From a virus (Duplodnaviria > Heunggongvirae > Uroviricota > Caudoviricetes > Demerecviridae), in the IMG/VR virus record IMGVR_UViG_3300016480_000208: DNA of 55,414 bases; one strand, written 5' to 3'. Below are positions 7,190 through 17,707 of this stretch, piece by piece (position 1 is the stretch's first letter; the number at the start of each line of letters is the position of its first letter). The notes under the pieces were generated by a model. That model did not search any database. It was not told the DNA's origin and saw only the letters and a list, made by a program, of their open reading frames with translations. Both the position numbers and the translations under genes were made by a program.

Positions 7190-7525
7190 ATGAAAGGTCT
7201 TTTCTTAGATGATGAACGCAACCCTCAAGATGTTACGTGGGTTCAATACCCAAAAAATATTGAATGGACTGTGGTTCGTACATTCTCTGAATTTGCTAAA
7301 GTAGTACAGAGCAGGCCTTTCGATCTAATGTCCTTTGACCACGACCTACAGGATTTCTCTAAGGGTACTGAAATGACTGGGTATGATTGCTTGAAGTTTT
7401 ACTGTAGTTTCGGGCTTTATATTCAAGAATACCAGCCCCCTACCGTTATAGTTCACAGCATGAATCCTATTGGTAAGGCGAATATCTTGTCATACTGGAA
7501 AAACTATTTGGAGAGTTTAAAATGA
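7190..7525 (+). CDS. Cyclic-phosphate-processing receiver-like domain protein
   Basis: LFLDDERNP...VVRTFSEF...SFDHDL...TGYD...VHSMNPIG motif series typical of this family. Confidence 0.8.
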   Translation: MKGLFLDDERNPQDVTWVQYPKNIEWTVVRTFSEFAKVVQSRPFDLMSFDHDLQDFSKGTEMTGYDCLKFYCSFGLYIQEYQPPTVIVHSMNPIGKANILSYWKNYLESLK

Positions 7526-8544
7526 CTGTAGGATTTTTAACGGGTAAGTTCGCCCCGCTTCATACAGGTCACATTTACTTTATCAGCAAAGCTGCTACTA
7601 TGGTTGATAAGTTGTATGTTGTCCTAAGCTATGATGGTAAACGTTTTAAAGACGACCCACGACTCTCTCTAAAGAATCGCTTGCTGTGGTTAAAGACCAC
7701 CTTTAAAGATTTGCCACATATTACAGTTACTTTTGTTGACGAAACAGAATGCCGACCATACCCCGAGGGTTGGAGCGACTGGGCAGCTCTGATGAAGAGT
7801 GCTCTACTTAAATTTAACGTAACTAATGTAGATAAGATATTCTCCTCGGAGCCAGAGTACACAGAAGGCTTTAACAAATATTGGCCGGAAGCCGAGCATG
7901 TGATAGTTGATGCGGAGCGTAAAGAGGTAAATATCTCTGCCACGGAGATTCGTGCCAATCCTTTTAAATTCTGGAGCTACATGCCTTCTATAGTGCGTCA
8001 GCATTATGTAAAGAAAGTATGTATCATTGGTACTGAGAGTTGTGGTAAAACTACCTTAACTAAATATCTTGCCAAGATTTACCAAACTTCATGGGTGGAA
8101 GAATACGGACGCAAGTTCTGTGAACAAGATATGTGCATGGATGAATCCCTGCTACAATTCAATGACTATGCACTAATAGCGTCTCGCCGGTATGAAGATG
8201 AAGTGCAGGCCACTAAGACAGCTAACAAAGTCTTATTCGCAGACACCAATGCGTTTGTAACAAACTTCTACTGTAAGCTGTACGAAGGCAATACTCACCC
8301 TCTTGTAGAAGAGTATGAGCTGTTAGAACGGTACGACCTGACTCTATTCTTAGATAGTGACGTAGAATGGGTAGCTGATGGGCTGCGTGTCAATAAAGAC
8401 CGGAGTAAAACAGACGACCTATTTAGGTCTATGCTAACTCTACGTAATATAGACAACTTTGGTAAGCTGATTCGTATTTCTGGAACCTACTCCGAGCGTT
8501 TGGAGAAGGCAATCAAAATTATTGACGAGGAGTTCTTCAAATGA
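7522..8544 (+). CDS. nadR: NadR-type NMN adenylyltransferase / ribosylnicotinamide kinase
   Basis: GKFAPLHTGH (HxGH), ISATEIR, Walker A GTESCGKTT, EEYGR; no HTH repressor domain. Confidence 0.95.
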   Translation: MTVGFLTGKFAPLHTGHIYFISKAATMVDKLYVVLSYDGKRFKDDPRLSLKNRLLWLKTTFKDLPHITVTFVDETECRPYPEGWSDWAALMKSALLKFNVTNVDKIFSSEPEYTEGFNKYWPEAEHVIVDAERKEVNISATEIRANPFKFWSYMPSIVRQHYVKKVCIIGTESCGKTTLTKYLAKIYQTSWVEEYGRKFCEQDMCMDESLLQFNDYALIASRRYEDEVQATKTANKVLFADTNAFVTNFYCKLYEGNTHPLVEEYELLERYDLTLFLDSDVEWVADGLRVNKDRSKTDDLFRSMLTLRNIDNFGKLIRISGTYSERLEKAIKIIDEEFFK

Positions 8545-9257
8545 TCTATAAATTAGGGTATTTTGCTATACCGTATTTCTATGCGATCTACAATGACGTT
8601 GCCACATTGCCTAACGGTCGTAAAGCTTACCTAGCAGCAATGCTTGCCACTATTGTAGGGCTCTCGATCTACTGGGGTGATACGTGGTACGGAATGCTTA
8701 GTGCGTTCTCTGGTGTTATGTGCGTTGTGTTAGTTGCTGAAAAGCGGCTATCCAACTTTGGTTGGGGGTTGCTTAACTGCAGCCTGTACGGTTTTATCTC
8801 TTACCAGAATGGTTATTTTGGAGACATGACACTAAACTGGCTGGTCTATGTGCCATTCCAGTTTATTGGGTTCTACCTCTGGAACCGTAGCTTGCAAGAT
8901 GAAGTGGAAGTAACTTCCAAGTCCCTGGCTTGGTGGGATATTCTGAACATCGCTACAGCAACTGCGGTGGCTGTGTACATCGGACAAGATATTCTGGTTA
9001 AGTTCGGAGGCAACCATCCGTGGCTAGACAGCTTTAACGTTGTTCTGTCGTTGGTGGCTACTGTGTTGATGGCAAAAAGGTACGCTGAACAATGGCTCTG
9101 CTGGATTCTAGTAAACCTCTCCGGCATTGCTATGTGGGTAAAAGCTACGATGGCTAATGATGGGGAAGGTGTTGCTACTTTGATTATGTGGTCTGCTTTC
9201 TTGCTTAATAGCCTATATGGCTACTACAGGTGGAAAACTACAGCGGAACGAGGTTAA
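8541..9257 (+). CDS. pnuC: Nicotinamide riboside transporter PnuC
   Basis: Multi-TM protein; WLDSF...ATVLMAKRYAEQWLCWILVN; coupled to nadR. Confidence 0.93.
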   Translation: MIYKLGYFAIPYFYAIYNDVATLPNGRKAYLAAMLATIVGLSIYWGDTWYGMLSAFSGVMCVVLVAEKRLSNFGWGLLNCSLYGFISYQNGYFGDMTLNWLVYVPFQFIGFYLWNRSLQDEVEVTSKSLAWWDILNIATATAVAVYIGQDILVKFGGNHPWLDSFNVVLSLVATVLMAKRYAEQWLCWILVNLSGIAMWVKATMANDGEGVATLIMWSAFLLNSLYGYYRWKTTAERG

Positions 9258-9296
9258 TACGTGGGGCTTCGGCCCCACATTAAAATAAAGTAAAAA

Positions 9297-9325
9297 TTGC
9301 TTTGAACAGGTTTTCTTGATATAAT
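9297..9325 (+). promoter_or_regulatory. T5-type early promoter
   Basis: TTGCTT-N17-TATAAT with UP element and AAATCGAGAG. Confidence 0.85.
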
Positions 9326-9365
9326 AATTGCATGAAATCGAGAGAAGTTCTTCAAAGGAGTTTAT

Positions 9366-9656
9366 ATGTCTATAGAGCGTACTCACAAGTTTACAATGAT
9401 TGCTAAGCGTTTAGGTGTAGGTGCATGTAACGACTCAATAGAAAAGTGTGCGGCTGGTCTATCCACAATGTCGGTACAAATCAACCGTATGGGTGAGTTC
9501 TACCATGCAGATAAGTTTTTAGAGGCGATGGACGATATTATACTCCGTGCAAGCATTGATAAGTCTGGGTTGAACCCTAGCGATAAGTTCTTTTTAGGTA
9601 TGATAAAAGATACTCTTATATTAAGGGCATATCAAGAATTAACAAAAGACGAATAA
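9366..9656 (+). CDS. Hypothetical protein
   Basis: 96 aa; AAGGAG RBS. Confidence 0.75.
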   Translation: MSIERTHKFTMIAKRLGVGACNDSIEKCAAGLSTMSVQINRMGEFYHADKFLEAMDDIILRASIDKSGLNPSDKFFLGMIKDTLILRAYQELTKDE

Positions 9657-9663
9657 TTTTAAT

Positions 9664-9739
9664 GGGTGTGTGTCTGAATGGTTTAGGTGCCGAATTGCAA
9701 ATTCGCGTCATGTCGGTTCGAATCCGACCACATCCTCCA
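9664..9739 (+). tRNA. tRNA-Cys (GCA)
   Basis: Anticodon arm CGAA-TTGCAAA-TTCG; T-arm; CCA. Confidence 0.88.
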
Positions 9740-9755
9740 ATTTAAGGTAAATGCA

Positions 9756-10028
9756 ATGCCTATTGAAAAAGTAGTTAGATGTGATAGTGCCGACTGTGGG
9801 GCAGTTGTAGAACCTAATACTGGCTTCGCTGTACTAGGAAACATCCACAAAGTGGGCTCCACCAAAGAAAGTATCGGAGTTTTTGATTGTGTGGGTGGTG
9901 GCCTAGTTGGCAACAACATAGAAGACGGTGAAGTTGTTCGCGCACTGTACTACTGCGACAATTGTATGGCGAGAATCTTGGGGTTCTCGCGAGTACAAAA
10001 CCGACAAGACTGTATAGGTTCACCATAA
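9756..10028 (+). CDS. Hypothetical Cys-containing protein
   Basis: MPIEKVVRCDSADCG...YYCDNC; AAGG RBS. Confidence 0.65.
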   Translation: MPIEKVVRCDSADCGAVVEPNTGFAVLGNIHKVGSTKESIGVFDCVGGGLVGNNIEDGEVVRALYYCDNCMARILGFSRVQNRQDCIGSP

Positions 10029-10038
10029 GGAGTAACGT

Positions 10039-10188
10039 ATGCGTAAAGTACAAAAACGAGGTAAAATTCTCCGTAAAGCAACATACGCTATCATTTACGG
10101 GGCATCTCCAAAGATTGTGGCGAAAACTACCGGCCTAGGCCTTCGTCGCTCTAAAGTACTGGCTAAATGCTTCACCACTTCAAAGTAA
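10039..10188 (+). CDS. Small basic protein (49 aa) with a PolA motif-B-like segment
   Basis: AAGGAG RBS; KATYAIIYGASPKIVAK. Confidence 0.6.
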   Translation: MRKVQKRGKILRKATYAIIYGASPKIVAKTTGLGLRRSKVLAKCFTTSK

Positions 10189-10191
10189 TTT

Positions 10192-10220
10192 TTGCATTCA
10201 ACTAAATTTTAACGTATAAT
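10192..10220 (+). promoter_or_regulatory. T5-type early promoter
   Basis: TTGCAT-N17-TATAAT followed by AAATCGAGAGAGG. Confidence 0.85.
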
Positions 10221-10250
10221 ATACTTATCAAATCGAGAGAGGAATATCAA

Positions 10251-10880
10251 ATGTCTAAAGAAATCACCCTGACCGAAGCTCTGGCAACCCTGAAAGTTCT
10301 GCGTGCCAAGCAAGACAACCTTGTTCGTACTGGTGCCTTTGTTGGAGTCTCGGCACGAGATAAGGTTGGCTCCCAGACTAAGGAAGTTGCCTCCGCGCAA
10401 TTCCAGTCTGAGTTTGACCGCCTGAAGGCCTTCTCTGCGAAGATTCAGGAAATTGGGGCCAAGCTGTACGAGGCTAATTCCAAGACCACAGTAGTTGTTG
10501 CAGGCAAGACGTACACTCTTGCTGAGGCAATCTACCGCAAGAGCCACACTTCCGAGGAAGCAGAACGTATTCGCGTTCTAAAGGCTGCCCTGCAACGTGC
10601 GGAAGCTACCGCAGCTAAGGCTAAGGAAGTAGCTGAAAAGCGTGCTGACCAACAGGTGGAAACACTTCTGGCGGGTCGCAACAAGGATACTGGCGTAGCT
10701 GACTTGGCCGTAGAAATGCGTACCAAGCTGATTGCGGACGAAAAAATTGAAGTCGTCGACCCTAACAAGTTGGCTGACTACATTCTGGCGGCCGAGGAAG
10801 ATCTTGTATCCTTCTCTACCGAGGTTGACGTGGCAATTTCTCTGGTGAACGCAACCACCAAGATTACTGTCAACATTTGA
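10251..10880 (+). CDS. Coiled-coil hypothetical protein (DIP1984-like pattern)
   Basis: 209 aa; highly expressed codon style; LTEAL...TLAEAI...NATT pattern; Ala-rich yet TAG-free. Confidence 0.75.
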   Translation: MSKEITLTEALATLKVLRAKQDNLVRTGAFVGVSARDKVGSQTKEVASAQFQSEFDRLKAFSAKIQEIGAKLYEANSKTTVVVAGKTYTLAEAIYRKSHTSEEAERIRVLKAALQRAEATAAKAKEVAEKRADQQVETLLAGRNKDTGVADLAVEMRTKLIADEKIEVVDPNKLADYILAAEEDLVSFSTEVDVAISLVNATTKITVNI

Positions 10881-10887
10881 CCTAAGT

Positions 10888-10910
10888 GGGCCTCCTACGG
10901 GAGGCTCCTT
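10888..10910 (+). terminator. Terminator-like hairpin
   Basis: GGGCCTCC-TACG-GGAGGCTC. Confidence 0.55.
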
Positions 10911-11228
10911 AAACAAGCTCTCGAATAGCGAAAACACTAGATTTTGTCCCTTATGGCCATGTGGGATAACAGGGCCAGCCATTACTTAATGAACTCATAT
11001 ACTCATTATTGTATTCGATGTTGATTCGAATCTATCTAATAGAGAGAAAGTTTATAAGTTTAAATGGTAACGCTTACGCGTTAAGTTTTAAGCCTTATGT
11101 ACTTAGGTGTTAAGACATACAAGATTAGTAATTATTGAAATCCCAGACATAAGTTTATGAGGATTGCAAATGACCTCTGTGTTTGCACTGGGCTGCTATT
11201 CGAGGGTTTGATTTAAGGAGCTTTTTAA

Positions 11229-11591
11229 ATGCTTTTCTATTCTTATGAGAAACTATATCTCCTCTAGCGTGGAGATTCAGATAAAATCATGTATCTGTTC
11301 AAGCGACTAGCCTAGAACAAACCTGATGCACTGTCAACCTTATCGGGCAATAACTGGATAGTAAATCCAACCGTGTTAACTCTGACCAACTAGGATAGCG
11401 TTCAATGCGCAGAATTTTTGGGACTCCTCTCGTTTAGGCACTACGCAGAGTTTAAATGCACCGGCAAGACCGAACTTTCAGTTCGTGATTTGCCGAGTTG
11501 GATAACGTTATCAAGTTTAACCCCGTCACCCTTGTGGGTACTACGTGGAAATGAAATTGTTTTTCCAACAGAAAACCCACCCATCCTGTAA
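11229..11591 (+). CDS. T5-like conserved protein encoded upstream of D11 (TAG read-through)
   Basis: MLFYSYEKLYLL*RGDSDK matches T5 YEKLYLLARGNSD; 120 codons; TAA stop; missed by the ORF track. Confidence 0.85.
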
Positions 11592-11641
11592 TACCGCAAT
11601 TTGGTCATTTTATCCCTATCTTTGGGAACCGAGACATACAT

Positions 11642-12361
11642 ATGAGCATTAATAACTGGGGCACTGTAAAGGGCGAAAGCCAATCCGAAGGTCTGAACTA
11701 CGCAAAAATGGTTAGCGGCACTCCGCTTGTTTGCCGAATCGTATCTGGTGTGCGTCCTCGCTACCAATACTGGCTGACTAACTCCATTGGTCAGAAACTT
11801 CCGTTCGAGTCACTGTCTTTCAATCATGAAAATGAAAAGTGGATTCGTGGTGCCATTGACCCGGTTCGTGAAAAAGGCTTCACTGAATCTGATGGCAAAG
11901 GGGGCACTAAGCCTATCTCCTCCAAGCGTGCATATGCCTGTGTTATCATCAATCGTGCTACTAACCAGCTAGAAGCTCTTGACCTGAAGAAGTCCATCTT
12001 CGATGGCGTTATCAAGTTCATGCAAGAATCTGACGAAGGCTATGCCAACCCGTCCGAGTTTGAACTGGTTATCGACAAGACTGGTCAGAAGTGGAATGAA
12101 GTTAAGTATGCGGTTAACGTGATGGCTACCCTGAAAGCTAACCGCGACAAGGCGACTGTTAAAGCACTGCATGAACAGGACGAAGCCCTGTTGGCCAACC
12201 TGAAAGACCCTATGGAGTACTGGCCGCGTCAAACCGCTGATGAACAGCGTGCAGCTCTTGAGGAGTTCCTTGCTCGTACTGCTGATGAAGCCTCTGGTAA
12301 CGCTTCAGCAGGTGGTGCTGGTAATGGTGGTGCCGAAGAAGCAATGAGCGATCTGGACTAA
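11642..12361 (+). CDS. D11: D11-like putative ssDNA-binding protein
   Basis: RIVSGVRPRYQYWLTN, acidic tail EEAMSDLD; TAG-free. Confidence 0.9.
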   Translation: MSINNWGTVKGESQSEGLNYAKMVSGTPLVCRIVSGVRPRYQYWLTNSIGQKLPFESLSFNHENEKWIRGAIDPVREKGFTESDGKGGTKPISSKRAYACVIINRATNQLEALDLKKSIFDGVIKFMQESDEGYANPSEFELVIDKTGQKWNEVKYAVNVMATLKANRDKATVKALHEQDEALLANLKDPMEYWPRQTADEQRAALEEFLARTADEASGNASAGGAGNGGAEEAMSDLD

Positions 12362-12369
12362 TAAATTAA

Positions 12370-12394
12370 GGGGGCATATTGCCCCCTTTCTTTT
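12370..12394 (+). terminator. Rho-independent terminator
   Basis: GGGGGC-ATATT-GCCCCC-TTTCTTTT. Confidence 0.8.
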
Positions 12395-12403
12395 AGGAGA
12401 AAA

Positions 12404-13375
12404 ATGAGAGTACTATTCACGTAGGACTGGCATATTAAACTAGATGTGCCCAAAGTGCCAAACCACTGGCAGATAGAAAGATTCCACGCGATGGTTGATG
12501 AGTTAAATGCTGTTCCAGATGTAGACATGATAATTATTGGCGGAGATTTGCTAGACACAGCAAAGCCCACTTCCAAAGAAATAGAGCTCATGTTTGCGTT
12601 GCTAGCTAAGCTCAAGAAAAAGACAATCATATATAGTGGCAACCACGAAATGACTAATGACAAGGTTCTAGGCAAGTATAGTTGTTTGCACAACTTCTAG
12701 GACGAGATTAGTAGGGGCAACCCGCTAGTAGAGGTTGTATACTCCTATCGTAGTAATGAGTTTGATGTAGTAGGGTATGAAGAAATATCTAACAAAAAGC
12801 TGCACAAACCTCCAATGTCAAAACTATGCTTTACGCATGTTCGAGGAGAAATTCAACCACACGTAAAGTGGGAAATAGACCCCAAATTCTTTGAGCAATA
12901 CGAGCTTGTACTAACCGGAGACCTACATAGTCATGAAAATACTCAAGGAAAGTTTATCTACCCTGGTAGCCCTCTTACAACCTCTTTTCACAGAACCCGC
13001 ACTACTGGCAATGGCTATCTTATTGTTAATACTGATCTTCTAACTTGGGAGTGGTTCCCCCTAGCTCACCTACCACAGTTGATTCGTAAGACTGTTAGCT
13101 CTCTGGAAGAGATGGTAGAGACTAAGCATGATTGGACTATATATGAGGTAGAAACCAATGTGCTACAGTCTAAGGATATTAAGAAAACTTAGCTGTTGGA
13201 TAAAAAGATTGTATCTGGATTTGCCAAGGAGGCCGTACTAGACCTGCAAGGGACACCTATGTCCTAGGAAATGCAGCTGTTCCTGACAGATATTGCAAAG
13301 TTGCCTAAGCAAGACGTAGACAGGCTAGTAACGCAATTTAACGATTACTAGAGGAAATACGATGAAAATACTTGA
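12404..13375 (+). CDS. D12: Recombination nuclease D12 (SbcD/Mre11-like; TAG read-through)
   Basis: MRVLFT*DWHIKL, GGDLLD, SGNHE, LTGDLHSH, IYPGSP; 323 codons; TGA stop. Confidence 0.93.
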
Positions 13376-15233
13376 ACTAGGCTTTGAAAACATGCTGTCC
13401 TACAGGGACAAAACTTCTATTAACTTCTAGGAGCCAGGAGTTACTGTGGTTACTGGCCCTAATGGTGCCGGAAAGTCAAGTATACCTACTATATTGGAAG
13501 AGTTGCTGTATAACAAAAATAGCCACGGCCTAACTAAGTAGGAAATACCTCATAGGTATAGTGAATCACAACACTATAGCGGTTACGTTGTATTTGTGTA
13601 GGACAATGACACCTATAAAGTTGTTAAGACTGTTAAGTCCACATAGAAGTTGCAGCTATTTAAAAACGGTGAAGATGTAAGTTCCCATACCGCTACACAA
13701 ACGTATTAGTCTATCGAGCAAATTATTGGTCTGGACTTTAATACGTTCTCCAAACTGGTAAACCAGAGCATGGATTCTAGTCTGGACTTCCTCTCCGCTA
13801 CTGACTAGAAGCGTAAAGAGTTTCTGGTATCTCTGCAAAACTTAGAAAGGTACTACGAAGTCGAGGAGGCCATAAAGGCAGATAAGAAAAAGGTTGATGC
13901 TCAATTAGCTTAGGCAAGTGCTCGTGTAACTACTTAGCGAAAGTGGCTACAATCTTTGGATATCCCTCCGATTATGGATTTGGTGCCTGAACCAACTACC
14001 GAGGAAATTGATCTATGGAATGCCGAGATTTAGCAATGCAGGCAAGAAATGGGCGAAATCAAAACCCAGCTAAACTACGCAGATTCAAACAACCAACGTA
14101 TCTCTGCCCACAAATAGAAAGTGGCCAGTGCAGTTGCATAGGTCAATAGGGCTAAGCAAAACGCGATTCAAAAGTTTATTGACTGCGCCCAACCGCCGGA
14201 AACTTCTCAGCTACCAAAAATTACGTATGACCTTGGGTAGTTGTCTAGCCGTATGTCTGATATTAAGTAGAAGCACGCGAAACTAAAGGCAGAAGCCTAG
14301 GTGACTCAGTGCCCAACCTGTAAGTCCTCACTAGATAGAAGCTAGACTGTAAAACTAGCCAATGAGCTGGCCTAGGAATACAAACTATTAAAGACAGAAG
14401 CTGAACAGCTACAAGAGTCCAAGTAGTTCCTGGAAACCTACGAGCAGTATCAAAAAGCTCAAGAAGAAGTAGCACGTACTACGGAAGTACTAAATCAACT
14501 GGAATCTGAGGATGTTGGTACGCCCATTGACGTAGCAGCCCTACAAGAAGCCTACAAGAAATTAGAGGCCTAGATAAAGACACTAGAGGCCAATATCTCT
14601 CAAAGGAACAAAGAGGTATCTTAGGCCCGTCGTGCTAACGACGAGATTAAGGCTAGCAACGCTGCTCGCGAATCTAAGCTGGAACAGGCAAAGTAGTACA
14701 AAACCGACCTAGAAGAATCTGAGCAGGTAGAGTCGGAACTATCCTAGAAATCGTAGGACTTAGGACTTCTTTAGAAAAGTACTAAAGACCTTGTGGGTTA
14801 TAAGATAGAATCAAATATTAAAGTGTTTGAGTCACTCATCAACCATAATCTATAGGAGCTTAGTGATGGCCAGTTTGGCATTGGTTTCGAGCTTGATAAA
14901 ACAAAACTAGGTGTTGTAGTTTTCGACCACGGTACTAGAGTATCACTAAAAGCTCTTTCTAGTGGGGAAAAATCTCTGGTACATGTAGCGACATTACTAG
15001 CTATACGTGACACTATGGTGCACAGCTATGGGGAAGACCTAAACCTTCTCTTCTTGGACGAAGTTATTTCGGTCCTAGACCCAGAGAAGAAAGACGTTCT
15101 AGTAAGCCTGTTGCTTAAAATTACCAACATGTCTATATTCCTGGTTTCGCATGGATATAGCAATCAACTAACTAAATCGTTGTTAGTAGAAAAGCACCCC
15201 GAAGGCTATTCTACTATTGTTCAGGAGAGTTAA
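13362..15233 (+). CDS. D13: Recombination ATPase D13 (SbcC/Rad50-like; TAG read-through)
   Basis: Walker A GPNGAGKSS, SSHTATQTY, CPTC hook, LSSGEK signature, FLDEVISVLD; 623 codons. Confidence 0.93.
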
Positions 15234-15235
15234 TT

Positions 15236-15691
15236 TTGGGAAATCCAGCATAGGCCAAGGGCACACGTTTTGAGACGTAGATTGCCAAAAAGCTAACTGA
15301 ATTGACTGGAGTGAAATACGTGAGGGTGCCCCTGTCTGGGGCATCCCAATTTGCCAAAGGAGACCTTATGGTTGACTTGCGAGAGGGGAAGCTATCGAAC
15401 TTCTGTATCGAGTGTAAATCCTACGCAGATGACCAAATAACAGGGAATCTACTATACCCAGGCAAACAAGTATTTGACCAGTGGGCAGAACAAACCTTTC
15501 GTCAAGCAAAGGATATGAATGCAAAACCGATGCTAATTTTTAAGAAGGATCGTGGCAAGCCAATTGTTGCCATAGATTTTGAAGTAGATGGTGTGTAGAA
15601 CTCCATGAAAATTATACGACCTTCTGGTACACTTTATCTTTATTTGTTTGACGATCTTATGCCCGTGATTAAGGACACCTTATATAAATGA
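15236..15691 (+). CDS. D14: D14 Holliday-junction-resolvase-like nuclease (TTG start; TAG read-through)
   Basis: AKG..FE, RVPLSGA, KGDL, CIECKSY, KPMLIFKKDRG. Confidence 0.88.
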
Positions 15692-16614
15692 GTTATGAAG
15701 AAATTGATGACCTGGCCCCTAAACAAAATCTATGGGATAAAGCCTTGGCCAGAAAAAATGTTAATGGAAAAAATCTCCTAGTTGTGGATATGAACAACCT
15801 TGCGTATCGCTATAAACAACGCGGCCAAGTAGATTTCTAGGAAGATATGATTCGCACCGTAGAGTCTCTAGCAAAAAGCTACTCGGCACTACATATTGTG
15901 TGTGCGTGGGATCACCGCTCCTCTTCTTACCGTAAAAGCATTTATCCTGGATATAAGGGCGGGCGTAAAGAAAAGTACAAAGACCAAACCCCAGAGGAAA
16001 AGCTTCAAGCAGAAATGTTCTTTAACGGGTTAGATGAAGCATACCAGCACATGGTAATCCACGAAAAGAATACAGGCTTTGTTACCAATTTCAAATTTGA
16101 GTTTGTAGAAGCAGATGACCCCATTGCACTAACTGTACAAGTTATGGAACCATTTGTAGATCACATTTGGGTTATCTCCACTGACCAGGACTTCTGTCAG
16201 CTTATATCCAATAAGGTAAGTCTTTTTGCATATAAGTCTCGTAAAGAGTTTACCTTAGACACGATGTTTGAATATACTAACGCAGACTCAGGTGAGCAGC
16301 ACCTATTTATTAAGTGCCTGCAAGGTGACTCTGGAGACTCCGTTCCTGGGGTTCCAGATGTTGGCCCTAAGAGGGGCTATGGCCTAGCTAGAGAGTATGG
16401 AGATATCTTCTCCCTGATTGCGGCGCTACCTATTGAAGGCAAACAAAAATATATCGTGAAATTAAATGAGTTCGGGGCTAGCAACCTAATGCTGAACCTA
16501 GAGCTGATGGATTTAAAGAGCTACTGCGCTACAGCCATTGCATTCCCTAACCCTGCAAACCTAGACTACATGTTTGATAAGCTTGAGAAAATTAAGGAGA
16601 TCTATAATGTTTGA
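15688..16614 (+). CDS. D15: Flap endonuclease / 5'-3' exonuclease D15
   Basis: NLLVVDMNNL, DF*EDMIRTVESLAKSY, VEADD, QGDSGDSVPGVPDVGPKRG; one in-frame TAG. Confidence 0.95.
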
Positions 16615-17089
16615 TGAAGCACCTATGCCTTTGCTGTATTCCGTCGATAAACCAGAACTTGAGCCTGTAATTGGAAGTGCTCAAGCTGCTGGTATGGATT
16701 TGCGATGCAACCTGAATTTGCGCAAAGACCAACCATTCCTAATACTCAAGCCAAACGAAAATGTAACCTTCGGTACTGGTATTCGTGTTGTGATTCCAGA
16801 AGGGTGGGTAGGGTTAGTAATGCCACGTAGTGGTCTTGGGTTTAAATATGAAGTCATGTTGGCCAACACTACGGGGGTTATTGACTCTGATTATCGCGGG
16901 GAGATTATAGTTAAGTTAGTTAACCGAGGTAGGCAAGATATGGTTCTGGAGCAGTATGATAGGGTTGTTCAAATGGTAGTAGTACCCCATTGGTATATGA
17001 AACATATTCAGAAAGTAAGCCCAGAAGTTATTGCCTCCTATGGTACTGACCGTGGCGAGGGTGGTTTCGGACATACCGGAACTAAATAA
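16607..17089 (+). CDS. dut: dUTPase
   Basis: AAGMDL, PRSGLG, GVIDSDYRGEI, RGEGGFGHTG; TAG-free. Confidence 0.97.
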   Translation: MFDEAPMPLLYSVDKPELEPVIGSAQAAGMDLRCNLNLRKDQPFLILKPNENVTFGTGIRVVIPEGWVGLVMPRSGLGFKYEVMLANTTGVIDSDYRGEIIVKLVNRGRQDMVLEQYDRVVQMVVVPHWYMKHIQKVSPEVIASYGTDRGEGGFGHTGTK

Positions 17090-17119
17090 AAGAAAAGGAG
17101 CCCTAGGGCTCCTTTTTTG
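17090..17119. terminator. Bidirectional terminator between convergent genes
   Basis: AAAAGAAAAGGAGCC-CTAG-GGCTCCTTTTTT. Confidence 0.85.
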
Positions 17120-17659
17120 TTATACACGATTTTTGATCCAACCGTAGAGGAACCTTTCATTCTTGGGGTTCTTTTCAGAGATCTCCAAGTAATGAGTTCC
17201 TTGTGTGCAGCGGACGGCTAGCAGGAGAGTATCCTAGGAGCCACGCTACTTAATGAAAGCATTAAGCTATCCCAGAGTAGAGGGGCCAATCTTACCATCT
17301 ACAGGCTGGTCAGCGTAGTACTTCCCCCCATCATTAAACGCATTTAGCCAACGCTGGAGCATCTTAATAGATGTTGCGGTACCCTAGTTGATACCAAAGT
17401 CTATCAAGTCCTCCCCAAGCTTGGCGTCAATGTCATAAATCTGGTCTAGCTTAGGTTTCTTAATATACTCCCTAGCATAAATATCTTTGGCCGTCTGGAG
17501 CGGCAGAGCGCTCATATGGCCAGTATAGCCATTGGCACGAGCAACCTATTCAGTTATTCCGTATTTAGTCTAACCCCCACTATCGTAGTGGTCATTTCCA
17601 TACTAACCTTCAAGATTGACTACGTGATCAATAACTTTATCGTAGTCTGACTGCTTCAT
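17120..17659 (-). CDS. Glycoside hydrolase family 108 lysozyme (endolysin; 7 TAG)
   Basis: EG*Y..D..D.GG*TKYGITE*VARANGY, LQRWLN, DGKIGPSTL, C-terminal FLYGWIKNRV; 179 codons. Confidence 0.9.
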
Positions 17660-17707
17660 ATTATACACTCCTGCTATTACGCTAGTTGTTTAAAGCGGAC
17701 CAATTTG

